From positions 156,116,001 through 156,180,000 of the forward strand of contig CM059428.1 of NCBI GenBank assembly GCA_030390025.1: 64,000 nucleotides of DNA, given 5' to 3'. Position 1 is the first letter of the stretch. Every line of letters begins with the position of its first letter. The DNA is from Squalus acanthias. Lineage: Eukaryota. The notes under the pieces are model-generated. The model did not search any database, was not told the DNA's origin, and saw nothing but the letters and a program-made list of their open reading frames with translations. Made by a program: the position numbers and the translations under genes. Below, one piece after another: positions 1 to 13,010 of this stretch.

Positions 1-643
1 ATTTTCCACAAGATTTGTTTTCTTATTTTTTGCCTCCTAGGAGATTGCATGGTTAGTGTATGTGGTCGGGCTGCGTCTGGGTGGGGCATGTGTGTGTAAG
101 GCCTGATGATGTTTTCTTGCCCTATCATGCAATATTATTTAAAATGGAATTGGATAAATGAATAATATAAGAAGGATACAAGGAAAGGCAATGAGGCTAT
201 ATAGCTCTAGTTGAAGAGTTTGCTCCAATGCAATGGGCGAAGTGGCTTGCTACTGTGCTGTAATTTCTATTTGCCAGATAAAACCTGGCGTTAAATAAAT
301 ATGCTGTGTAGATTTAAAGCAGTCCATGTGTATTGAGAGGACAAGATATTCTCTTCCAATGAGGGGAAATCTGCTTTTTCAGGTGTATAACTTTCTAATA
401 TAAAAATGGGAAGTCCTGCTTCTTTTCTCTACTCTGATTGCACGGTCTGCCAGTGTTCATGCTTGGGTTTAGTGTTTGAGTTTTTGATGTGGACTGCAAA
501 TTTACCTTCCAGTTTTCTGTGTAGCATAGCATTGATTTGATCTCCAAGTGTTAAATTGGCTTAAGAAAAAAAAAAAGCACGCGGGTTATTTTTCGCTTTT
601 CCTTTGAATAATCAACAGTATTGACATTGCTTCTTACCAACAG

Positions 644-735
644 GGAAGCTGTGGACAAGGAGTATGAAAGTGGCTTACAACATCCTACATAAACTGGGCA
701 CCAAGCAGGAACCGATGGTCAGGCCTGGAGACAGG
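644..735 (+). CDS. DIP2C: DIP2C window exon 1: (G)KLWTRSMKVAYNILHKLGTKQEPMVRPGDR
   Basis: caacag| acceptor, |gtgagc donor, 92 nt, phase 1 to 0. Confidence 0.95.
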
Positions 736-1271
736 GTGAGCATGCAGCACACACTGCTTTAGAGTGACTGAGAACGGAAGCCACTTTTTCAGGGTTGAAT
801 GTGTCACTTTTCTAAGAGTTTCAATTGTTTTGTGATTTTATATTTTTGAATTCAGCAGTGGAACATATTGCTGAAGTATTGAAGATCCTAAAGCGTATAA
901 TAATGCCAGTATATTCGGCATAGTCACAGATTTTACAAGCGGGCATAGCCTTAAACTTAGAAGAGGGAGGTTGAAGAGAGAGTTTAGATTTAACTACTTC
1001 ACGCAGAGGGTGGTGAGTGTACGGAGTGGACTGCAAGGGAGGCAGTGAGGATTGATTGCATCAGAAATTCAAGGGATAAGCACCTGGCCAAAAATAAACT
1101 GATAGCGGGATATAAGAAGAATTGTGGGATATGATATTTCCTGGACACTTCTAATTTGAAGTTGCTTAATTTGAATATGATTTAATTTTTTGAGGACTAA
1201 TTTCTCACTTTGCTGTGATATTTATGTTGCTTAATTCAAATTACTGAATAATTCGAAGGTGCTGTTATTCA

Positions 1272-2620
1272 GATTGGTTGTGGTTGTTGGAGGTCAATCA
1301 TCACTGCAGGAGTTCCTCAGGGCAGTGTCTTAGGCCCAACTATCTTCAACTGCTTCGTCAATGACCTTCCCTCCATCATAAGGTCAGAAATGGGGCTGTT
1401 CGCTGATAATTGTACAGTTATCCGCTCCATTCGCAATTACTCAGATAGTGAAGCAGTCCATGCACGCATGCAGCAAGACCTAGACAATATCCAGGCTTGA
1501 GCTGATGAGTGGCAAGTAACATTTGCACTACACAAGTGCCAGACAATGACTGTCTCCAACATATAAGATTCTGAGGGGGATTGACAGGGTAGATGCTGAG
1601 AGGTTGTTTCCCCTGGCTGGAGAGTCTAGAACTAGGGAGCATAGTCTCAGGATAAGGGGTCGGTCATTTAAGACTGAGATGAGGAGGAATTTCTTCACTC
1701 GGGGGTTGTGAATCAAAGGGCTGTGGATGCTGAGTCGTTGAGTATATTCAAGGCTGAGATAGATAGAATTTTGGATTTAAGGAAATCAAGGGATATGAGG
1801 ATCGGTCGGGAAAGTGGAGTTGAGGTCGAAGATCAGCCATGATCATCTTGAATAGCGGAGCAGGCTTGAAGGGCCGTATGGCCTACTCCTGCTCCTAATT
1901 ATTATGTTCTTATGTTCTAAAAGAGAGTCCAGCCACCTCCCCTTGACATTCAATGGTATTACCATCACTGAATCATCCACCATCAACATCCTGGGGGTTA
2001 CCATTGACCAGGAGCTCGACTGGACTAGCCACATAAATGCCGTGACTATTAGAGCAGGTCAAAGGCTGGGTGTTCTGCGGCGAGTGGCTCACCTCCTGAC
2101 TCCCCAAAGCCACTCCACCACCGACAAGGCACAAGTCAGGAGTGTGATGGAATACTCTCCACTTGCCTTGATGGCTGCAGCTGCAACAACACTCAAGAAG
2201 CTTGACACCATCCAGGACAATGCAGCCTGTTTGATCGGTAGTCCATCCACCACCTTAAGCACCCAGTTCCTCTGTCGCCAGCATGCTGTGGCTATAGGAT
2301 GCACTGCAGCAACTCGCCAAGGCTTCTTTGACAGCGCCTCCCAAACCCCCGAACTCCACCACCTAGAAGGACAAGGGCAGCAGATGCATGAGAACACCAC
2401 CACCTCCAAGTTGCACTTCATCCTTACTTGGCTATATATTGCTGTTCCTTCATCGTCGCTGGGTCAAAATCCTGGAACTCCCTACCTAACAGCACTGTGG
2501 GAGTACCTTCACAACATGGACTGCAGCGGTTCAAGAAGAGGGCTTCTTCAGGGCAATTATGGATCTGCAATAAAGGCCGGCCTTGCCATGACGTCCATAT
2601 CCTGCAACTTAAAAAAAATA
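1272..2620 (+). mobile_element. 5'-truncated CR1/L2-group LINE (RT C-terminus plus 3' tail), split by a nested CR1 at 1561..1915
   Basis: Translates to GVPQGSVLGPTIFNCFVNDLP...LFADN (about 1309-1410) and ILGVTIDQELDWTSHI...VRSVMEYSP (ORF 1904..2629); A-rich 3' end. Confidence 0.9.
1561..1915 (+). mobile_element. CR1 LINE 3' end nested in another LINE
   Basis: Near-identical to 50242..50676 and 38118..38421; ends ...ggcctactcctgctcctaattattatgttcttatg. Confidence 0.9.
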
Positions 2621-3041
2621 TATATATAAGACGTTAATCTGAGGCCCCATTTGCCCACTTAGGTGGATATAAAAGATGCCACGACACTATTCAACGAATA
2701 GCAGAGGCGTTCTCTGGTATCCTGCCAACATTTATCTCTCAACCAATACCACTAAAAACCGGATTATATGGTCACTTATGATTTTCCTGTATTACAACAG
2801 TGGTTATACTTCAAAAGTATTTCATTTCAGCTGTGAAGTGTTTTGGGAACGTCCTGAGGATGTGAAAGCTGTTTTATTCTTTCTCAGTTCAAATTTGTTT
2901 AAGCACATTTCAATTGAGCACATTGTAAATCACCTGGGCTAGACTGATAATCCACTGAGATGACTTCAGAGCAGGTGTTTTTTAAAAACTAGAACTCTCT
3001 GTTTTGCAGTTTTTTGAACTGTCTTTATCGTTTGCCTCTAG

Positions 3042-3152
3042 GTAGCACTTGTTTTTCCAAACAATGATCCTGCTGCCTTTATGGTTGCATTCTACGGTTG
3101 TCTGTTGGCAGAGGTAGTTCCTGTTCCTATTGAAGTGCCCCTTACAAGAAAG
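3042..3152 (+). CDS. DIP2C: DIP2C exon 2: VALVFPNNDPAAFMVAFYGCLLAEVVPVPIEVPLTRK
   Basis: ctctag| and |gtaaga, 111 nt, phase 0 to 0. Confidence 0.96.
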
Positions 3153-4085
3153 GTAAGACCTGTTTTTTTTTTGTTGTAAAGCACAATGATTCTGATTTGT
3201 TCTTTAGTCATAACAGTAGAAGTGCAGATAAAAAAAATCACCATAAAATGGGCAGAAATTAATCATCCAAGTCACTACTTACCAGTAGTGGAAGTTCACA
3301 GCCAGTCAATGATCTAATCTGGCCCAGATCTTCTTCAGCATTATTATTTTCCCTATTCCAGTTATTAACTAATCAAAGGCACCAGTTCATGAGTGGTAAA
3401 AACAGGAAATGCAGCTCTGTCAGCACTTGTAAGGAGAAAAGACTGTTTAACATTTTGAGTGTAGACTCTTTGTCAGAGCTGGAAATGGGAAAAATGAAGC
3501 AATCTATTTAACAGAACTGAACAAAATAAAAGTAGAGGGGTTGAGGGTGGGGGGGGGGAGTGTGGAGAAAGAATGGAAGATTTATCAGAGCACACCCAAA
3601 GAGGTTCTGTTGAAAACCTAGAAGTGATGAAAACTGATGGAAGATGTATGAAAATCGGCAAGGCATGAAAAGATGTTAAAATCAGGCAAGTGGGCTAATG
3701 AGGAAACACTGTAAATGCAGGAAACCTGCAATGTAAAAAGACAGTGCTGAAAACTAACAGCTTGCCACTAGCAGACAAAACGAGAAAAGGCAGGCCAACA
3801 TCCTGAGTGCAGACTCCTTTCACTCGATCGAGTAACATTGGTGTGTCTTCTCCTGCTTTCTTCAGTCTTCCACTGTTTCCTTCTCTGCGTCATTACTACA
3901 CTTCATCTGTTGTGATCTGTTGCAGCTCTTTCCTAGACCTCTGACAAGTTTAGCATCCGTTCCAAAAGTTCATTCTCTTTGTTCTGAGGATGTTTTTTCC
4001 CCTCCCGCCTCTGGTTAAAATTCAAGTCATGAATAATGCATTGATTCAGCCCCGTGCCTAAAAGTGAAAGTGAAAAAGCTTGAAG

Positions 4086-4288
4086 CAAAAAAAAACTGCA
4101 GCTGCTGGAAGTCTGAAGCAAACCCAGAAAATGCCTGAAACACTCAGCAGATCAGTCAGCATCTGTGGAGAGAAACAGACGGGTTAACGTCTCGGTGTGG
4201 ACTCTTCCTCAGACCCTTTGTCTGACCAAGGGTCCACATCTGAAAAGTTAACTTGTCTGCTCTCCCCACAGGTGCTGCCTGACCTGGA
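4086..4288. mobile_element. Old Penelope-type pLTR remnant with two inverted, degenerate hammerhead-like units
   Basis: Same family as the 46397 and 51888 inserts (cactcagcagatcagtcagcatctgtggagagaaacag); inverted second unit tctgaccaagggtccacatctgaaaagttaac. Confidence 0.65.
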
Positions 4289-6779
4289 TAAATTTGAATT
4301 TGACAGAGGATGAGGAGAATGCTTTGTGCATGTTGACGATTATTGGCTGGAAGTATGCATCAAATTAACATCTTTGGTGATAATTTTACAGAATAGATTT
4401 AAGAACGAAGTATCCACAAATTTCACATTACCTTCTTAAATTATCCTTAATTTTTGCATTTCTTACACTTGTCGAAGTTTTCTGGGATTATCTGACATAA
4501 TTTTAGTGTTATGTTGAAACACTTAAAAAGTTATCTTTGTTTAGGATATTTTAGTTATATAAACTTGTTGACTAAAAACAAAGCAACATATTTATGGTTA
4601 TTTCTGTTTAATAGAGGCTTGCCAGAAATTTCTTGTTCATATGTTACGACATCTAAAGTATGTATGGACAATAAGTTGGGAAAAAGCTGTTTACGTTCAG
4701 TAGAACTATTAAAGGTCACTTGAGTTGAAGTGTGGTGTTTGCTCCATCTAGAGTTATTTAACAGACAAATGATTACAAGATTAGTGTTTGCAGTAGTATG
4801 AACTGGGACATGGATGATTAAACGATATAATAAACCAGCTGTGCACATTCTAGAAATTAGCTTCCGTAGAAACGAATAAAGGGGAATTCTGAATTTAGGA
4901 AAACTGTACTTTTCCAACAGGGGCTATACACTTAAGTGGTGTTAATTACAGCCTAATGAGGTTCTGCATATTATAAAACTTAATATGTTGACCTATGGAA
5001 CCTACACTGTTAATAGCTGATGTTCTGCTGACCTCCTAATGTGTTTTCCATTAATAGGTGCAACTGCAAAAGCTATTTGTTCAATATTTACTTCAGAGCA
5101 TGATTTATTTCCAAGTTATAAAACTTGGTCTTATATTAGGGACAAAGCAGCCAAGTGTCCGTTCTTATCGTGTGAGCCTGTTTTGCAGTGGGGGGGCATC
5201 ACAGCTGGGGCCGATCCTGTCGTACTGAACCGGTGCACTTTCTAGCAAGGTTCACTGAATCGATACTTATTGGGAGTCATATTTGCTCCTCTCGTGGGGG
5301 TGGGGAGAACCTTTCTAATTTCTTGCAATTTCTTAATCATTTGAGGCTTGCATGAAACTTCCTTCCCTGCACATCATGATCTTGGCTCTGTGATTAACAG
5401 GAATGAGAGGGTGCTTAAGGGCGGCCCTGGACGTTCGTCTACAAACTTGGTCGTGATTGACAGGAACATAGGGGACTTTAGGGGGAGATCACGGACGTTT
5501 GTCTTGAAATGCGGAATTTTTCTAGGCTGATCCATGCTGGAAGAAAATATTATTTCTTAAAAATAGATGCAGTTTGAAACAAAATACTGCCTCAGGCAAG
5601 ATTTTCTAGTTTGTAGCCAAGCATAAAAAAATAGATTGTGGGGATACTGCAATTTTAAATGCAGGTTTATTTTTGTACTTTTTTTTTGGATCTTAGCTGC
5701 TGTATTTGAAAGTAACTTACTCATCGCGTGAGCATTGTTTTTCATTCTCGGCAGACACTTGTTTTCTTGATTTCAGGCAATTTAATTGAGGTGGATGACA
5801 GTAGTTAGCACCGGCTTACCCTTGCTGTGAAGATGTAATATAATGCCTACTGCAGTGACAGGCTCTTGATTTGTCGCATTATTACTGCATTTTGTTGCTG
5901 TTTGTGAAAAATGAATCTCTCAACAACCAAAACGACTGATCTGTAAAAGATTGGACCACCATTACACACCATCTGTTTTCCACACATTGCCAGTGTCCCA
6001 CTGGGATAGCAATATTATAAATGCATTATTAGCTAATTTGATGTAAAATAATGCCTATAATTTATTCCATTTTAAATGTAACGTAAAATGCTTTTAACTG
6101 TCACACAAAGTAACCGTAACTCCCAAGATCAGGACGTTTTTTTAATTGCAGTGTTGTGTGTACTTACCAACTGTTTCCAAGCTCTCTCACCTTTGTGCCT
6201 GTTCATAGCTGCTTCTCTCATTATTTTTGATTATAGTGAAACCTACTTCAATACCCTGTTTATACTTGCCCCGCCTGGCCTCACACAGTCTTCTGCCATT
6301 CTCCTGCCCTCAGATTATCTCGCCGCTACCCTGCTTACATAAGTGTTCTCAGTGGGGGCATGCTCAATGTCTTCACAGTCCGTGCATGCACAATCTCAGC
6401 ATTGCTCTGTGACCGGTACAGACAAGCGAGAAAGAACCTCACTCAGTGTATATTAAATGATGCATATAAAGTTATCCCTATTATACATGTATATATCATT
6501 AAAACAGTAATTGCATATATATTCAAGTACAGTGAAACAGTGAATGATCACTAATGCATAGTCTGAAATTAATTATTTTGTGTTTGTTATAATTTTATAT
6601 TTATAAAGTATATCAGTACAGATCCAATTACAAAATTGTGAAGATAGGCTTATTAGTGGTGGGATGAAAGATTAGGCTGGATCATGGGGATATGATCTGA
6701 GGTTTTAAAATCTGATAACACAAAAATAAAACAAAGCTTTCAATGTCCAAATAATGAGACAAAGCAATAATAGCTAATA

Positions 6780-7620
6780 CAATGCTGGGATATATAGCTA
6801 AATTAGAGCAATGCAAGTCATCTTAGGTCATGCCACAGATCTAAGGAGCAGCCAAGTCTCTCTGGGAGTACTGTGTTCAATTCTGATCACCACTCCATTA
6901 AAAAAAATGTATAGACGCATTGGAGAGGGTCCAGTGAAGAGCAATAAGACTTAATCCCATGTATAAAAGGGATGGGCTAAAAGATAAGACTGGAGAATCT
7001 CAAGATTTACATTCTATAAGTAAGATGGTTTGTGGAGGGGGAAAGAAGGAAAGAACTGCATCGAGGGTACAGTAAATGGTATATACATAAGGTAAATCCA
7101 GAATATTTAATGTAAGTTGGAAAATTAGCACCAAATGACCATAACAATTGAATCAAAGAAAAGTCAAATTAAAACAGATATTAACTTTTTTTTTTGCTCA
7201 GTTGATAAATGCGTGGAATAATCTTCCCGACAGAGTAGTAGTGATGGAAACATTTGTTCAAAATGCAGTAACTGTGAAAAGAAGAGTTAAGAGGCTTGTG
7301 GGATAAGCTTTTCTCATTCTTGACAGTTCTTAGGTTCTTGCACAGACCCAGGATAAGAGAACTAGAAGACATGATCATAAACTGAGGAAACCACAAACTA
7401 ATCTTAATTTGTGAAATAACTTCTTCAAAATTATATAATTTATGGAATTCAGTGCCACTTAAAGAAAAGGCTGTCACTCGCTGATTCAGGGGGAGAGTAG
7501 AGAGAATTAGGTTTAGGGTAGGAAAAAGATGAAAATTGACTCTTGATCAAGACCTGGATGACTGAACAGTCTGGATTGGTTGAATGGCCTTTTCTAATTC
7601 CAATATTCGTATGTTGTTTT
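6780..7620 (+). mobile_element. Highly decayed CR1 LINE fragments
   Basis: gagtactgtgttcaattctg (EYCVQFW-like), gcattggagagggtccag (ALERVQ), 3' tail-like ttgaatggccttttc. Confidence 0.65.
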
Positions 7621-10384
7621 CTTCTATAACAATGTAATAACCTTTTCTAGGTAATCAAGACTCTTGCCTGGGTTCAAAACTGTGCTCACTGGCTCTTGTG
7701 TGCTCAAATAAAGCTTATTAAATTTGATATGAAATTCATTTGAAAATACATATTAAAATTTGTAAAATCTTACAACACAGAAACAGGCTATTTGGCTTAT
7801 CAAGTCTGCACAGGTGTTTTTCTCTACATGAGCCACCCAGTCTAATCCCAGTTTCCTACTTGCTCCCCATATCTTGTAATATTCCCTTTTCAACCGACTA
7901 CTATATCTAAATCCTTTTTAGCAACTACCTAATTCCCTTTTTATCCACAAAGGTCTTGATTAATCTTGACTCTGTTGGTGGGGGTAAGAGAAGAGAATAT
8001 GTAGGAATGCTGAGTGTGAAGTAAGGAGATTGGAGATGGGAGATCTGACAGCCCGTTAGGGAAATAGAGGCTTTAGACACATTGGGGTATAAAATCATCA
8101 GGTGGGGGGTGGGTGGGGTAGAGCAAAACGGGCGATGGCAAATTAGCAGCTTGTTTTACACTTTGCCCGATTTCCTTATGCATTGAAGTCTTTACTACCT
8201 GGGAAAATAAACACTCAGATATGTAACTTCCTCCACCCTGTCACTGAAAACAGACACGGTGAATGCAGAGCTGCTCAGTCTTCATTAGTATGATGAATAC
8301 CTTGGATCCATAAGCACTATATCATGGATACTAGATTGATTGGATTTATATCTACCATAGCATTATCTCACATAGAAGACAAACGATGACTGAATCGTTG
8401 CAGGCAGATGATCTATAGTATCACCATCAAGTAAATAATTTAACTTATGATGGTGCCGATCCACCTTGTCACCCGTGGCTCTGTTGCAAGCTATCAGCTC
8501 ACTTGCTTGTTAATAGCATGGAAACAAATAACTTTTGATGGTGTCTGTCCACCTCGTCACCTTTAGCACACTTGCTTGCTAAATGGCATTGGACATATGC
8601 CAGAGTGTATATGTCCTAAACATTGTAAAATACTGGGAATCCTCAAAGAAAATCTAGGGCTCAGTTATCATAATCATGACCATTTATTTCCTTTCTGTAA
8701 TGGAATCTTATTTGGCAGGATGCAGAGCAGACCCTTGATTCCTAACTCTGTAATCCAAAGCAGATAGATGCAGATGGGTTAGTGCTATCGTAAAATAGTC
8801 ATCAAGGCCACTGATTCAAATGTTAAGTTACTCATGCTGGGAGTCCGGCTTTCTCAGTTGGATGGGATGCAGGGAACATAGGATTTTCAAAATGCCTTTT
8901 TTAGCATTGAGGTGCAGCAATCTGTATTCCCAATCTCACTGCAGCTGCCCTTTTCTAAGCTTCCTGCTCCCACCTCCTGAGCATTCATACCTTTCCTCTA
9001 TCCCTGCTTGCCCCTCCCTACTGAGATCACTCATTCTTCCCACAAGCCCTCATCAGTTTCCTAGACCCTAGCACCCATGATCTCTGCTCCCAATGCACTT
9101 AGACCACGATCCCCTCGCTACCCCCCAGATCCCAACATCATACCAGCACCAAAACCCCCATCTCAGCACTGCCTTACTCCATCATACTGTTCCCAAACCT
9201 CAGAATTCTCCCCTCACTACTTACAGACTCTCATCGCCATTCCTGGGCACCCACCCCAAGGCCACCTTGTCGCAGATTACCACTTCTCTCCTACTGTTCC
9301 CGCATCCCACGAACCCCTCTCCCACTCCTGTGTCTCATAACCCTTCCCAGTGGTTTCACATCCCGATCACAGCCCAGTGCTACCCCTCCTGGCACAAACC
9401 AGAACCCTCATCCTATCATATCTTGACACGACACTCCACTACTCCAGCACCCCTCCACCCAGAAAGACCCTCCCAACACGGTCAAACTACATGCTTCCTG
9501 TAATCCCCACTACTCCATCCATCTGTCTTTACTTGACCCCATCCCACCCGCCCAGTGCTCCCAGATGCTAGGACCACCATCCCAACACTATCAAACCACA
9601 TAGCCCCAACTGCCCAACACACGGCCCATGCAACACGGACCTTCTTCCCTATTACCTTCCGCTGTAGCCTGGGATTTTTGAAAAAAGGTAAGAGGCAAAA
9701 GAAAATACACACAAACGTGTAATCAAGGACACTGATTTATACTTTTTACACACACAATTAAGGAATTTGACCCAAAATACACACATATTCCCACAATACT
9801 GTGTAACAAAAAACACAATTTGACTTATTCAGTCACCATCAGTCAGTGGCCCTGATAATGTATTGTACGTTACAGGAGATAAAACAACGTTTCCTCCGAC
9901 TCACCGTGAGCAACGCCATGGGAGATCTGCTAGCTTTAATAATAAAAATGGTATGTGTGTGCACATTTCTTGTCTGTCACGTCACACTTTCTGTGTCACG
10001 ATTATCGGCAAATTTTTCTAGTCAAATTTCTTGTGGCTGATTGGCAAATATCCGTATGCTTAAAAAAAATTAAGCCGGTACAGTATTTTGCACTTTTTGA
10101 AAAATTCCCCCACCAACAGAAACTACTTTAGTAATTCGGGAGTTAGAATGTCTGTACCTTATGATTTAAAATATGAATTTAGTGAGAACTTTTTTTTTAA
10201 ATAAAAAGGAAAACCAGATATTTTTATCCTATGTTCTCATTTGCAAACTGAAGAGCAATGAAACTCTGATTGACTTTAACCCTGCTACGTTCCCTCACCA
10301 AACCATTAACTCTGATTGAACTGAGGCTCTGTTTTTGGAACTGGTTCGAAGAGAAAATTGTAGAACTCAAGCCTTGATGGCTGT

Positions 10385-13010
10385 AGAAACCAGTTAGAGA
10401 GAAGATGGCACAGGTTCTGGGCATAATTTTTCAATAATCCTCAAATATCCAAAATTGTGCTGTTGAACTAGAGAGTAGCCAACGTAACATTTTGGTTGAA
10501 GAAGAGTGTGAAGGATAAACTGACTAACTATAGATCAGTTAATCTAACGTTAATTGTGGGCAAATTCTTAGGATCCATCGTTCAAGGGTTGAGGGACTTC
10601 AGTTACATGGAGAGACTAGAGAAGCTGGGATTGTTCTCCATAGAGCAGAGAAGGTTAAGATTTAATAGAGGCATTCAAAATAATGAAGTGTTTTGAAAGA
10701 GTAGATAAGGAGAAACTGTTTCCACTGGCAGAAGTGTCATTAACCAGAGGATGCAGATTTAAGGTAATTGGCAAAAGAGATGAGATTTTTTTAATGCAGT
10801 GAGTTACTATAATCTGGAATGCACTGCCTGAAAGGGTGGTGGAATCAGATTCAATTGTAACTTTCAAAAGGGAGTTGGGATAAATACTTGAAGGGAAGAA
10901 ATTTGCAGGGCTATGGGGAAAGGGCAGGGGAGTTGGGACTAACTGGATCGCTCTTTCAAAGGGCCAGTACAGGCACGATGGGCCGAACGACCTCCTTCTG
11001 TGCTGTAAGATTCTATGAAGATAAAATTAATGAGTAAATTAGGTAAACATGGAATAACCAAGGACAGCCAGCATGGATTTGTTAAAGCCAAATATTGTTT
11101 GACAAATGTAGATGTTTCTTTTTGAAGAGGTAACAGATTGGATAGATAAAGGAATTGCAGCAGATGTAGTATATATGCATTTTCAGAAGGTGTTCACTGA
11201 GGTGTCCCACAAGAGTCTTATTAGAAAGAAATGAGGAAATGTAATAGCATGGATGGAATGTTTTGCTGGCATGTCGGGAAATAAAGAGGATAAATACTTG
11301 GATTGTAGAAGGGGTGAAAGTGCTGTACCCCAGGCCTCAGTGCTGTGCCCACTTTTGATTTCAGTATCTATAGGTCATTTGGACTTGGACATCGGGAGCA
11401 CAATCTCAAAATTTGATGACACAAAAGTAGGTGTTTGGCAAGCAGTGAAAATTACTCTAAGAGACATAGGTTAGCAGAATGGGGAGACGAGTGGAGAATG
11501 CAGTTTAATACGGATAAGTGTTAGGTAATACATTTTGTGAGGAAACACAAAGAATTGGAGTATACAGTTAATGAAAAGACACCAAAGGGTATGGATGAAC
11601 CGAGATACGAAGAGTTCAAATACATAATTCCCTGAAAGTGAGAGTTCAGGTGGATAAAACCATAAAAAAACAGAGACAATAGCATTGTGGGTTTGTAAGT
11701 AGGAGAATAAAGTACAAGAGTGCAGTATTACATAGAAATTATATCACAGAAACAAGCCATTCAGTTCAACCAGTCCATGTTGGTGTTTATCCTCCCCACG
11801 AGCAGTAGTCCTAATCCCACCTGCCCAGCTTTTTCCCACATCCCTTTATTCCTCTTTCCTTCAATCACCTATTTAACCTATTCTTAAATGTTGACATGGG
11901 GTTGAAATTTAACTTTGGTGGGGGCGCATTGACTTCAATGGAAAGGTAAACCGCCTGCTACCGCCCATATTGCACCCCCGCCAAAGTTGAATTTCACTCC
12001 CATGGCCACTACTTCAATCTCTAACTCTAGTAGAGTATTCCAAAAGCCTCTCAACCCTCTGTGTAAAAATTAAAAAAAAGTTTCTCCTGCTCTCTGTCCT
12101 AAATCTTGTGTCTATGTTCCCTTGTTCTTGACCCCCTCAATCACTGGAAACCCATCCCTTAATAAATTTCAACAGTGCTATCAAATCACTTTGTTATCTC
12201 CTCTGTTCTAATATAGAGAGCAGCCCCAATTTTTTTCAAGTCTTTTTTTTTTGTATTTGTATTTTCTCATACCAGGCAGCATGCTAGTGAATCTGCACAA
12301 TACCCTCTCTATTGCCTCAACATCTTTCCTATAGTGTGGAGACCAAAGCTGCACATAATACTCTTACCTTACTTAGGTTTTATATAGATTCACAATTACT
12401 TCTTAACTTTTATATGCTATCCCTCTTGCCATCACACCTAACACTCCATTAGCTTTTTTATGGCCTTATCCACTTGACGTGTTGCTTTTAATACCTTGTG
12501 AACCTGAACCTCCAAATCTCTTTGATTTTGCTCATCACCCAGCTTTACCCCATTAAAAAAAAAGTAAATGATAAATTTGTACAAACCATTGTTCAGAGTA
12601 CTGTAGCAAACCAGAATTACAGTACTGTGTGCAGTTTTATAGAAGGGACATTGAAGCAATAGAGAGTATATAGCGTAGATTCATCAAGATGATGGCAGGG
12701 ATGGGAAACTATAGTTATGAGGAGAGACATGAGATAATGGAACTATTTCCACTGGAGCAGAGAAAGCCAAAAAGAGATTTAATCAAAGTTATGAGAAATT
12801 TCCTCTACAGTGTGTTGTTGGAACATGGAGTGCTTTGTCACAAGGAATAGTTGGGGCAGACCATTGCATCTTTCAAGGGAAAATTGGATAAATGTTTGGA
12901 GTGGGGGGCAGATACAGAGCTATGGGGATAGCAGGGCAGTGGAATTAGTATTGAATTACTCTAGAAAAGAGGTAGACGCAGACACGATGGGCTGAATGCC
13001 CTCCTGTGCT
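10385..13010 (+). mobile_element. Decayed CR1 LINE ORF2 hosting nested elements
   Basis: NYRSVNLT, QHGF, VYMHFQK, VPQASVLCP and SKFDDTK motifs occur in order. Interrupted by a younger + CR1 (about 10582..11017) and a - CR1 (about 11730..12555). Confidence 0.85.
11898..12000. mobile_element. Harbinger-type MITE
   Basis: About 30-bp imperfect TIRs (ggggttgaaatttaactttggtgggggcgca / tgcacccccgccaaagttgaatttcactcc), 3-bp TSD CAT; inserted in a CR1 fragment. Confidence 0.75.

Noticed and set aside
1904-2629. 241-aa ORF, the longest in the track, as a host gene
   Set aside because: It is the C-terminus of a LINE ORF2 that drifts out of frame; its start lies in the tail of a nested CR1.
8820-9712. 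Overlapping Pro/His/Ser-rich ORFs
   Set aside because: Product of a C-rich low-complexity tract; no splice-compatible frame or domain signature.
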